From an uncultured Pseudomonadales bacterium (GTDB taxonomy: Bacteria > Pseudomonadota > Gammaproteobacteria > Pseudomonadales > Pseudohongiellaceae): DNA of 64,000 nt. The stretch is from the NCBI GenBank assembly GCA_905478195.1, contig CAJQHM010000001.1, forward strand, positions 126 through 64,125, written 5' to 3'. A model generated the notes under the pieces. That model was not told the origin of the DNA. It did no database searches and was given only the letters and a program-made list of their open reading frames with translations. The position numbers were made by a program, and so were the translations under genes. This document shows, piece after piece, positions 10,554 through 18,502 of the stretch (position 1 is the stretch's first letter; each line of letters opens with the position of its first letter).

Positions 10554-11177
10554 ATGAATATGGCGGTTTCTGGAGGGTTAGTTCTGAATAGCTCGGCATT
10601 ATTGGATAAGTTCCTTCAAGGCGTGCAGTCTCGCGCCTTTCGCATTGCTCAGATCGCGACTGGCAGTTCCGAGGATGCATTGGATTTGGTGCAGGATGCT
10701 ATGTTTAAGCTGGTGGAAAAATACTCGGAGCGTCCCGAGCCGCAGTGGGAAAATCTTAGCGTTGAGAGGCAGCAACGCCTGCGGCTTGGGGCGAATCGCT
10801 TTCAACAGATGCAACCACAAGAACGCGAGCGGGCCAAGAACCAACAGCAACGATTTCAGAGTCTTTCGCAGCAACAACAGCGCATAATCAACCAGCGCTT
10901 CCAACGTTTCAACAGTCTTAGCCGACCACAGCAACGCCGACTAAGAAACGTACAAAGACGCTTCCAGAATATGCCCCAAGTTGAACGAGAAAGACTTCGC
11001 GAACAGTTTGAGCAGCAGCGACAGAGAAATCCTCGCCCAGAGCAGAACAACGGCGCCCGCAGCAGCACCCCAGAGCAGCGCATTCGCCAGGTGATTCGTC
11101 AGAATCGGAACGTGCTGCGACCCAATAGGGCGCAATCACCGCAGCGCCCAAATGACACCAGGCCTCCAAACAGATAG
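10554..11177 (+). CDS. hybrid ORF: an ECF sigma-70 region-2-like N-terminus (about 65 aa) fused to about five Q/R-rich DUF3106-like repeats; a probable remnant or fusion rather than a functional sigma factor
   Basis: The N-terminus SRAFRIAQIATGSSEDALDLVQDAMFKLVEKYSERPEPQW looks like sigma region 2.1-2.2. It is followed directly by repeats LSVERQQRLRLGANRFQQ / MQPQERERAKNQQQRFQS / LSQQQQRIINQRFQRFNS / LSRPQQRRLRNVQRRFQN / MPQVERERLREQFEQQ. There is no region 2.4 or region 4. Confidence 0.5.
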   Translation: MNMAVSGGLVLNSSALLDKFLQGVQSRAFRIAQIATGSSEDALDLVQDAMFKLVEKYSERPEPQWENLSVERQQRLRLGANRFQQMQPQERERAKNQQQRFQSLSQQQQRIINQRFQRFNSLSRPQQRRLRNVQRRFQNMPQVERERLREQFEQQRQRNPRPEQNNGARSSTPEQRIRQVIRQNRNVLRPNRAQSPQRPNDTRPPNR

Positions 11178-11187
11178 CATCCTAGAA

Positions 11188-12843
11188 CTAGTCGCCTATA
11201 GGCCAGGCATTGGTAATAGGATAGCGTCGATCTCGACCAAAACCCCTCTGAGTAAGTCGCACGCCTACGGGGCTCTGCCGCCTCTTGTATTCGTTCAAAT
11301 CCACGAGTCGAAGCACGCGCCTTACGATCTGCTCATCGAAACCATGGGCAATAATCGATGTGGCGCTCTGATCCTGCTCTACGTAAAGTTCCAGTATCCG
11401 ATCGAGCACATCGTAGGGAGGCAAGCTATCCTGATCCACCTGATCCGGTGCCAGTTCCGCCGATGGAGGCCTATCGATTACACGTTGCGGTATCACTTCG
11501 TCTGGAGTGTGGGAATACTCAGAATTTCGGTAAGTAGCTAAACTGTAGACCATTGTCTTAGACACATCTTTCAAAACGTCGAAGCCACCGGCCATATCCC
11601 CATAGAGAGTTGAATAACCCACCGCAATCTCGCTCTTGTTACCAGTGGTTAAAACCAGCAAACCCTTCTTATTTGAAATTGCCATCAGCAATACCCCCCT
11701 GCATCTGGCCTGAATATTTTGCTCACTAACGTCAGCCTCGGTATCGGCAAATTGCTCCTCAAGCGCTTCTATAAAAGCTGAATAAACCCCCCCGATCGAT
11801 ATAGACTGATAGTCGACGCCGATTTTCTTAGCTTGCTCCGCTGCAACATCGAGACTCAACTGAGATGTATAGGCAAAAGGCATCATCACTGCCTGAACCC
11901 GGTCACTGCCCAATGCATCCACAGCTATTGCAAGAGTAAGCGCAGAATCGATGCCCCCGGACAAACCTAAAACTACCCCCTTGAATCCATTCTTGTTCAC
12001 ATAGTCGCGAACCCCTAAAACCAGGCTATGGTAGACCTGAGCTTCTAGAGATAAGCTCGCTGCGAGCTGCTGCATGGGTATCGTGCATGGCGCTCCGCTT
12101 TGCGTTGGCTCACGCACGACCACGGGCTGCAAAGTTTCAACATAGCTAGGGGCTAGGCAACGGCATTCTCCAGCAGCACTTACCGCCATAGATCCACCAT
12201 CGAAAACAAGTTCGTCCTGCCCCCCCACCATGTTTACATAAATAATTGGAAAGCCACCTTCCGTACTTCTCGCTCGCAGCAGCTCCTGCCGATCACTCAA
12301 TTTATTCATGTGGAAAGGAGACGCGTTGATATTGATCATCAACTGGGCTCCAGCCGCTCTGGCCTGCAGCACCGGCTCGTGCTCCCACATATCTTCACAA
12401 ATTGTAAACGCTACTTTCTGACCGCCAATTTCCAACACACAGGCTTCGCTACCCTTCTCGAAATAACGCTGCTCGTCGAATACTTGATAATTTGGTAGAT
12501 GCTGCTTGCGGTAATTCGCGAGGCTTTCTCCATAGCCAACAATCGCCAAGGAGTTATATAACTTTGTGGCCTCTCGTTCCGGATAGCCGATGACCAGATG
12601 CGCGGACAGTTTTTCATCCCGAATCCGCTGTAGCGCCTTTTCAATTCGAATAGATAAACTGGCGCGAAGCAGCAAATCCTCAGGCGGATAGCCAGTTAAT
12701 GCCAACTCTGGAAAGACAACCACATCTGCAGAATACTCCTGAATCGCTTGCTTCGCCTTCTCAATTATAAGGGAAGTATTAAAATCAATATCACCGACTA
12801 AAAAATTGAGTTGAGCCATCACAACGTTAATTTGCTGCTCCAT
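11188..12843 (-). CDS. nadE: glutamine-dependent NAD(+) synthetase
   Basis: N-terminal CN-hydrolase domain (FPELALTGYPPEDLL, ICEDMW) plus a C-terminal NAD synthetase with the PP-loop LGLSGGIDSA. Start placed at MEQQINVVMAQLN (12843). Confidence 0.9.
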   Translation of the reverse strand: MEQQINVVMAQLNFLVGDIDFNTSLIIEKAKQAIQEYSADVVVFPELALTGYPPEDLLLRASLSIRIEKALQRIRDEKLSAHLVIGYPEREATKLYNSLAIVGYGESLANYRKQHLPNYQVFDEQRYFEKGSEACVLEIGGQKVAFTICEDMWEHEPVLQARAAGAQLMININASPFHMNKLSDRQELLRARSTEGGFPIIYVNMVGGQDELVFDGGSMAVSAAGECRCLAPSYVETLQPVVVREPTQSGAPCTIPMQQLAASLSLEAQVYHSLVLGVRDYVNKNGFKGVVLGLSGGIDSALTLAIAVDALGSDRVQAVMMPFAYTSQLSLDVAAEQAKKIGVDYQSISIGGVYSAFIEALEEQFADTEADVSEQNIQARCRGVLLMAISNKKGLLVLTTGNKSEIAVGYSTLYGDMAGGFDVLKDVSKTMVYSLATYRNSEYSHTPDEVIPQRVIDRPPSAELAPDQVDQDSLPPYDVLDRILELYVEQDQSATSIIAHGFDEQIVRRVLRLVDLNEYKRRQSPVGVRLTQRGFGRDRRYPITNAWPIGD

Positions 12844-12902
12844 ACCTATCTCTTTACTGTTATCCTTAAATTCATATTCAGACATACCCTGAAAAACCAC
12901 GA

Positions 12903-13022
12903 TCAATAAGCTTTACTGTCCAAACTTATTGGTATAATCACCGCCTACAGAATGCTCAGAATAGCCAGTGATACCAGCAACTCGATCAGAGAGTAACCCT
13001 TGTTTTGATCACATTTTTTCAA
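12903..13022 (-). pseudogene. stub of a type IV pilin / pseudopilin gene (N-terminal methylation domain only)
   Basis: Own translation of the minus strand from TTG (13022): MKKCDQNKGYSLIELLVSLAILSIL-TAG-AVIIPISLDSKAY-TGA. It shows the G|YSLIE prepilin cleavage/methylation signature with Glu+5. It is interrupted by TAG (12945-12947) and ends 13 codons later, and no globular pilin domain follows. Confidence 0.55.
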
Positions 13023-13293
13023 TTTGATGGAATCCGTATAGCATGAAATTTCCGTTTCAAAGCAAACCTTCTGCACAGCCACTACCAAGAACCTCTGAAA
13101 ACCCTTAAAGCCAGGGCTAGAATCCCGAATTTTCAGGCTAAATAACGTATTTGTACAAGTAGTTTGTCGGTTAAGCCGGCTACAATTGAATAGCTATCGG
13201 TAGTTCTACCTAGGTTAACCCTATAGAATCCTCTAGGAAAGACTGTGATTTGGCTAAAAGAACTAATAATTTCAGACTCTTAATTGATTATAC

Positions 13294-13309
13294 TGTGACA
13301 GAATTCACA
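13294..13309. promoter_or_regulatory. candidate CRP/Vfr-type binding site
   Basis: TGTGAcagaatTCACA has both half-sites of the TGTGA-N6-TCACA consensus intact. It lies about 140 bp upstream of the TauE/SafE-family gene in a 540-bp intergenic region. Confidence 0.4.
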
Positions 13310-13450
13310 TCACACTGGTCTATAGGACAAAGAAGGGTCACGACCCCAATTCACACGGGTCGCGCCTATGCGAAGGCTACAGCTCACATTGTACCTTTTT
13401 TGAGCCCTAATCACGTAGACTCTGCTGTTTGAGCCACGCTAGGAATTATC

Positions 13451-14209
13451 TTGGAAATTACCCTTAGCTCAGTCCTTCTGCTTGGCATTACCGGATTCTT
13501 TGCGGGCGGCATTAATACTGTTGCTGGTGGCGGCTCGAACCTCGCTCTGCCGGCGCTGATGGTATTAGGCCTCCCCGCGGATATTGCCAACGCCACTAAC
13601 CGCGTCGCTGTTACTATGCAGTGTTTAGTCGGACTGGCAGGATATGACAAGCACGAAACCCTGGACCGACCGGCTGTTATTCCAATCCTCATCCCAACCG
13701 TAATTGGCGGCATGGGCGGCGCTATTGCGGCGGCACTGATACCCAATCTTTTCTTGAAACCAATACTGCTAGGTACGATTTTGCTGATGGCGCTGGTCAT
13801 TTTACTCAGACCCACGGTCATCGCTCCCCCTCCCGGCACGCAGAACATCTCCCCTAGTGAAAGTCGAGGCGCCTGGTGGGGGCTGTTCGCCGCTGGAGTC
13901 TATGGTGGCTTCGTTCAGGCGGGGGTTGGATTCATTCTTCTCGCCGCTCTAGCCGGTGGACTTCGCTATGACTTGCTTCGCGCTAATGCACTGAAAACAG
14001 CCTGCGCACTGGCATTTACGAGTGTCGCACTGGTGATATTCATAGCGTTCGATCAGGTCTGGTGGATACCCGGCCTGATTCTCGCCACCGGCTCAATGGC
14101 CGGCGCTCATCTCGCTGTAAAAGTCGCCGTTCGCACCTCGCAGGAAAGCATGAAATGGTTTCTCTTTCTAATGACGCTCTTTGCTGTCATCGCTGGACTC
14201 GTGTTCTAG
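13451..14209 (+). CDS. TSUP (TauE/SafE, DUF81) family anion exporter
   Basis: 252 aa, polytopic, TTG start. Family-typical GFFAGGINTVAGGGSNLALPALMVLGLP.. and a repeated second half. Confidence 0.8.
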   Translation: MEITLSSVLLLGITGFFAGGINTVAGGGSNLALPALMVLGLPADIANATNRVAVTMQCLVGLAGYDKHETLDRPAVIPILIPTVIGGMGGAIAAALIPNLFLKPILLGTILLMALVILLRPTVIAPPPGTQNISPSESRGAWWGLFAAGVYGGFVQAGVGFILLAALAGGLRYDLLRANALKTACALAFTSVALVIFIAFDQVWWIPGLILATGSMAGAHLAVKVAVRTSQESMKWFLFLMTLFAVIAGLVF

Positions 14210-15609
14210 CTACCTTGCCTAGTCGAAACGAAGCGCATGGTGATTTTTGCACCACCTAAGTTACTGGAGCCAACCTCTATGGTGCCCCCATAACTCCCGA
14301 CAATGTCAGTAACAACCGCCAGCCCAATTCCCTGCCCCTGTACTAGGGTATCGGCTCTGGCTCCGCGTTGCAGCACATACTCCTGTTTCTCAATACTAAT
14401 ACCAGGGCCGTTATCCTCGATGACAATCTGTAAGCCAGAGGAATCATGGTTTTCAACACTCGCCCGAATACTGACCTTACCCCTGCCGTACTTGAACGCA
14501 TTATCCAGAACATTACCGAGCAGCTCTAGTAGATCACGCTCATCTCCGTAGAACACAGCGTTCTCGTCCAACAATCTGACTAACGACACCGGCTTGTCTG
14601 CGTACACCTTGGCGAGGGCATCAAGAACTTTCTCCGCTACGGGCTTTACCTGCACCTGTCTCGCTAGCGCAGAACGGTTATTGGTTTGCACCGCCCGTTG
14701 CAACTGATAACTAACTATTTGATTCATTCGGGTAAGCTGCTCATCTACCGCATCGAGCTGCTCCTTGTCGTCTGCCTTACTCCTTGAGAGCGTCTGCATA
14801 GTGCCCGCGATCACCGCCAGCGGCGTTTTCAGACTGTGCGCAAGATCACCGAGCGTAGTTCGATATCTCTGCTGTTGTTTTCGTTCTGTCTCAATTAACA
14901 CATTGAGATTATTCGTTACGCGCTGTAACTCTCGGGGATAATTTCCGGCGAGTTGATTCTTATCTCCAGACTCAATCTGTTTGAGATCTCTTGCCATCCT
15001 ATGCAATGGCGACAAGCCCCAACGCATCAGAAAAAACTGAATCAACAGCAGCAGCAGTGCAACCCCGCCCAACCACGACCAAAGACTCGTTCTGAAATTA
15101 GATATTTCTGAATAGTACGGAGCGGCATCTTCGATTACAGTAAAACTGTACTCGCTAATACCATCCTCCCAGAGAATACCGTAGCTCAGCACGAAGTACT
15201 CTTCTCCTTCTGCGCTTAGTGTTTTTGAGGACTGTGTCTCACCGACTTGAACCGGCTGACGCAGTACTTGAGGGTCGGCTAGAGAAAAGGCAAGCGCCGA
15301 GTCACTGCGCCATAATTCACCAAGGCTAGGCCGACTGATAAACCCATAGAGACCCGAATTGAGCTGGCTAAACTTTGGCTCACGCAAGTCTTCCAGGAAA
15401 TAAAACTCGCCATCAGACACTTCCGCCGCTCCCAGCAGAAGATAGATTTGCACCTGCAAGCGTTCGGCAGCTCCCGCTTCAACGCTGTTTCTAAACGCTC
15501 GATCCAATACCACGCCGGTAAGACCTAAAAACACGAACAAAAGAATACTAAACGAGATGACGAGTCGCGTCTGTATAGAATAATTTGATGTTTTTTCAGA
15601 AGTGGTCAT
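14206..15609 (-). CDS. phoQ: PhoQ-like sensor histidine kinase
   Basis: 2 TM plus a periplasmic domain, H-box LGDLAHSLKTPLAVI, N box LGNVLDNAFKY, and G boxes EDNGPGI and GQGIGLAV. RGARADTL..GQG closely resembles E. coli PhoQ. Confidence 0.75.
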   Translation of the reverse strand: MTTSEKTSNYSIQTRLVISFSILLFVFLGLTGVVLDRAFRNSVEAGAAERLQVQIYLLLGAAEVSDGEFYFLEDLREPKFSQLNSGLYGFISRPSLGELWRSDSALAFSLADPQVLRQPVQVGETQSSKTLSAEGEEYFVLSYGILWEDGISEYSFTVIEDAAPYYSEISNFRTSLWSWLGGVALLLLLIQFFLMRWGLSPLHRMARDLKQIESGDKNQLAGNYPRELQRVTNNLNVLIETERKQQQRYRTTLGDLAHSLKTPLAVIAGTMQTLSRSKADDKEQLDAVDEQLTRMNQIVSYQLQRAVQTNNRSALARQVQVKPVAEKVLDALAKVYADKPVSLVRLLDENAVFYGDERDLLELLGNVLDNAFKYGRGKVSIRASVENHDSSGLQIVIEDNGPGISIEKQEYVLQRGARADTLVQGQGIGLAVVTDIVGSYGGTIEVGSSNLGGAKITMRFVSTRQGS

Positions 15610-15642
15610 GCAGTGGTGACCATACTAACTCGAATTGCCTGA

Positions 15643-16320
15643 CTAAGATTCTTCAAGGCTGAATCGATAGCCCTGACCGCGAACCGTTTCGATAGGCTTA
15701 AGGGTCTGATCTGGATCCAACTTTTGCCTGAGGCGACGAACGAAGACTTCAAGGACATTGCTATCACGGTCATAATCTTGCGCGTAGAGGTGTTCTGTCA
15801 ATTCAGTCTTCGAAATCACCTGCCCGGGATGCAGCATCAAATACTCAAGCATCTTGTATTCGTAAGCAGTTAGGTCGACAGCTTTTTCATTTACCAATAA
15901 GCGCTTCGCTGAAATATCGAGACTAAGCTGACCGAATTCGAGCTTTGGTTTGGCAAAGCCTGCCGCGCGTCTCAGTAACGCATTTAGCCTGGCTAGGATT
16001 TCTTCCAGCTGGAAGGGTTTGACGACATAGTCGTCGGCCCCGGCATCGAGGCCGGCAACCTTGTCTTGCCAGTCACCGCGCGCGGTAAGTATCAAAATTG
16101 GATATTCCTTGCCTGCCGCACGAACCTGCTGAATGAGGGAGATCCCATCAATCTCTGGCAAACCCAGATCGATGATGGCAGCGTCGAAGTCGTATTCGGT
16201 CGCATAATAAAGACCAGACTTCCCGTCTTCGGCCACATCAACCACATAACCTTGCTTCGAAAGCCCCTGTTGCAATTGCTGACGCAACAAACTTTCATCT
16301 TCAACCACTAATAATCGCAT
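15643..16320 (-). CDS. phoP: PhoP-like OmpR-family response regulator
   Basis: MRLLVVEDESLLRQQL.., DLGLPEIDG, ILTARGDWQDKVAGLDAGADDYVVKPF and the winged helix ..TVRGQGYRF. It reads colinear with E. coli PhoP. Confidence 0.8.
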   Translation of the reverse strand: MRLLVVEDESLLRQQLQQGLSKQGYVVDVAEDGKSGLYYATEYDFDAAIIDLGLPEIDGISLIQQVRAAGKEYPILILTARGDWQDKVAGLDAGADDYVVKPFQLEEILARLNALLRRAAGFAKPKLEFGQLSLDISAKRLLVNEKAVDLTAYEYKMLEYLMLHPGQVISKTELTEHLYAQDYDRDSNVLEVFVRRLRQKLDPDQTLKPIETVRGQGYRFSLEES

Positions 16321-16395
16321 TCTGAACTACCTCAATTTCTGCCTAGAGAGCGATCAGAGAGTTGTTCAGAGACTCTCCAATTCTCATGCGAAGGC

Positions 16396-16722
16396 TTAGC
16401 CGCCACCGCTTATTCTGCCCGTTATGACGTTCACGAAAACAGTAAATACCTTGCCTTCGTTCTCCATACGAATCTGATAACGCTGGTTAGCACCAACTCC
16501 GATCAGGCTAATTCGTAGAATATTGCCGGCGAAACGCTGCCTTGCAATCTCCACCGCCTGTCTTTCCGTTACGCGTGGTCTGGCCTGTGTGGCGTTTCCA
16601 GTGTTATCGCTACGGTTAATGTCGAGCTGTGCAGGTTGCGCGGGAATATTCTGGGCATGCGCCACCTCGAACACTCCAAAGAGTAGTGCGACTAGCAAAC
16701 TTAGTATCGATGTCTTGCTCAA
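16396..16722 (-). CDS. secreted PepSY domain protein
   Basis: 108 aa with signal peptide ..FEVAHA|QN and a C-terminal PepSY-like RQAVEIARQRFAGNILRISL..YQIRMENEGKVFTVFVNVITGRI. Confidence 0.7.
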   Translation of the reverse strand: MSKTSILSLLVALLFGVFEVAHAQNIPAQPAQLDINRSDNTGNATQARPRVTERQAVEIARQRFAGNILRISLIGVGANQRYQIRMENEGKVFTVFVNVITGRISGGG

Positions 16723-16774
16723 AATATTCCTCGTTATCCGAGAACCCCATAATCAGATTAAACAGTCGGCCTGA

Positions 16775-17299
16775 CTATAAAACCGGTTGAATGCTCACCC
16801 TCACTCGAATCTCTTCGCCTGGGTCTGTATTGGTTCTTACAGAATACTCCTGCCCGTTATAAAGATAGGTAACCTGATAGCCTGCCAGCCTCTCTTCTTC
16901 GTGCTGCTGATATACGGTCTCACAGCGCTGTACTGTCTGATATTCACGGCTACTGGGTCGTTCGTTGCGATCCATAATATCACGTCCTATAGAGTGTCCC
17001 AACATGGCGCCGAGAACCGCGCCAACACGCTGGTTTGACTTGTTATGCCCTCCAGCGTTGCCTATCGCTCCACCCAAGATAGTACTCACTAGCACCGGTG
17101 TATTTGAACGATTTCCATTCCCATAGCGATCTATCGCTGTTTTCTCTTCCCAACACTGCTCCTGAGGGCTTGAAATCTCGACGAGTTCATAGATCGCGCG
17201 CGATTCAATCACCGGTGCAGTGGCGTAAGTGGTTTCCGCGAATGCCTGCGTGGATAGCAATACCAATGCCGCCAATATGCCTACTAGTCTAGTGTTCAT
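16775..17299 (-). CDS. glycine-zipper (SlyB / 17-kDa antigen-like) secreted or outer-membrane protein
   Basis: Signal peptide ..STQAFA|ET and glycine zipper VSTILGGAIGNAGGH..VGAVLGAMLGHSIG, followed by a C-terminal beta-rich segment. Confidence 0.65.
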   Translation of the reverse strand: MNTRLVGILAALVLLSTQAFAETTYATAPVIESRAIYELVEISSPQEQCWEEKTAIDRYGNGNRSNTPVLVSTILGGAIGNAGGHNKSNQRVGAVLGAMLGHSIGRDIMDRNERPSSREYQTVQRCETVYQQHEEERLAGYQVTYLYNGQEYSVRTNTDPGEEIRVRVSIQPVL

Positions 17300-17670
17300 G
17301 TCCCATCCTCACTAATCAGAGCCTCATTTACCGCCTGGCTCGAGATGTTTGAGCCACATCTTGACACCAGCCTGGGTTGCTAACCTAACAAGTAGAAGCT
17401 GAATTGAAGCTGAAGCGAGCATAAGGCATAGCGGGTATTGTGGAGTACTCATGGGCTATTTTATTTGTCGCAGCAGTAGTGTATTTTGTTGCTAGACTTT
17501 CTTGAGAGACTCTCGCTTATAAGACGCTTGGGGGAGAGAAGGTCGATAATGGTCAGAACGGCTCGTAAGCTGCCTCTGCCCGGTCATATTGTTAGCTGTC
17601 CCATAGAGGAGCCCGCGACCCACAGCAGCCTTTCCCCAGCCAGCGTATTAACTATAAAACCAATAAGAGT

Positions 17671-18096
17671 ATGAACATGTTCAAAAAGCCATTTATTATT
17701 TCAGCTATTGTCACGCTTCTAGCCTGCATTCCGCTCTACCTTCTTAGCTCGCAGGAATATTCACTAACAACTGCCAACTTGCCATTATTCGCGCTTCCTC
17801 TATTCGTTATTATATTAATTAGTAGCTTCTGGGCTGCGCAAGGCTCTGCTTTCAGCGGATATGACTACGATGAAAATGAATCGCATTCGCCTAGAGAGCA
17901 AGGCAGTGTGAAGTGGTTTAACGCAAGCAAGGGGTTCGGTTTTATTACTCGCGACAGCGGCGATGACGTATTCGTTCACTTCCGTTCAATTCGGGGTGAG
18001 GGACACCGCGTTCTGCACGATGGACAGCGCGTGGAGTTTGAAGTCAGCGAAGGCGATAAGGGCTTAAAGGCTGACGATGTGGCAGTGGCGGGCTAG
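17671..18096 (+). CDS. membrane-anchored cold-shock-domain protein
   Basis: Two predicted N-terminal TM helices ([17 protein letters not shown]; [17 protein letters not shown]) are followed by a canonical CSD: [30 protein letters not shown] (RNP1/RNP2 motifs). Confidence 0.8.
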   Translation: MNMFKKPFIISAIVTLLACIPLYLLSSQEYSLTTANLPLFALPLFVIILISSFWAAQGSAFSGYDYDENESHSPREQGSVKWFNASKGFGFITRDSGDDVFVHFRSIRGEGHRVLHDGQRVEFEVSEGDKGLKADDVAVAG

Positions 18097-18115
18097 GGCT
18101 TGAGGCTTAGTACAA

Positions 18116-18140
18116 CCCTCTCAGTAGTGAGGGGGTTTTT
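18116..18140 (+). terminator. probable intrinsic terminator of the CSD gene, overlapping the last codons of slyX
   Basis: ccctc-tcagtagt-gaggg hairpin followed by ggttttt. The loop and 3' arm encode the PPHY-stop of the convergent slyX. Confidence 0.4.
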
Positions 18141-18333
18141 CATTTTGATCTAGCTCCCCTCCCTCACCAGGCACTCTCTCGATCGCTTCTTGCAATTGCT
18201 CCTTTACCGCAGACATCTGCCTGAGCAATTCATCAAGTTGACGCTGCTGTCTAATAACAACTTCGTTTAACGCTGACAGCAGATCCTCTTGATAACTAAA
18301 TTTAGTTTCCAGTTCGACTAGTTTTTCTTCCAT
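18121..18333 (-). CDS. slyX: SlyX family protein
   Basis: 70-aa coiled coil, LVELETKFSYQEDLLSALNEVV.., ending in the family-typical PPHY. Confidence 0.85.
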   Translation of the reverse strand: MEEKLVELETKFSYQEDLLSALNEVVIRQQRQLDELLRQMSAVKEQLQEAIERVPGEGGELDQNEKPPHY

Positions 18334-18502
18334 TTTCCCACCTCTAAACTACTGTCCCTATAAAAAATTTCACCAATATTAGCAATGATTACGCTACCGG
18401 TTGCAGCTGCGCCTAATTCTGTTAATACTACGCTCTATCATGTCGAGTTTTACAGCTAATTCAACCTAGCCCCTATAAGCTACTCTTGCAGGAACCGGAA
18501 TA

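Noticed and set aside
10599-11169. Five overlapping antisense or out-of-frame ORFs (64-111 aa) across the Q/R repeat region
   Set aside because: They are artefacts of the CAG/CAA/CGC-rich low-complexity DNA, which stays open in several frames. Only the + frame 10554-11177 has a structured N-terminus.
13411-13848. 145-aa minus-strand ORF opposite the TauE/SafE gene
   Set aside because: It is a shadow ORF of a GC-rich membrane-protein gene. The plus-strand product has the family signature and sensible TM periodicity.
17486-17674. 62-aa ORF immediately upstream of and overlapping the CSD gene start
   Set aside because: It has no RBS or motif. It more likely lies within the long 5' UTR expected for a csp-type gene.
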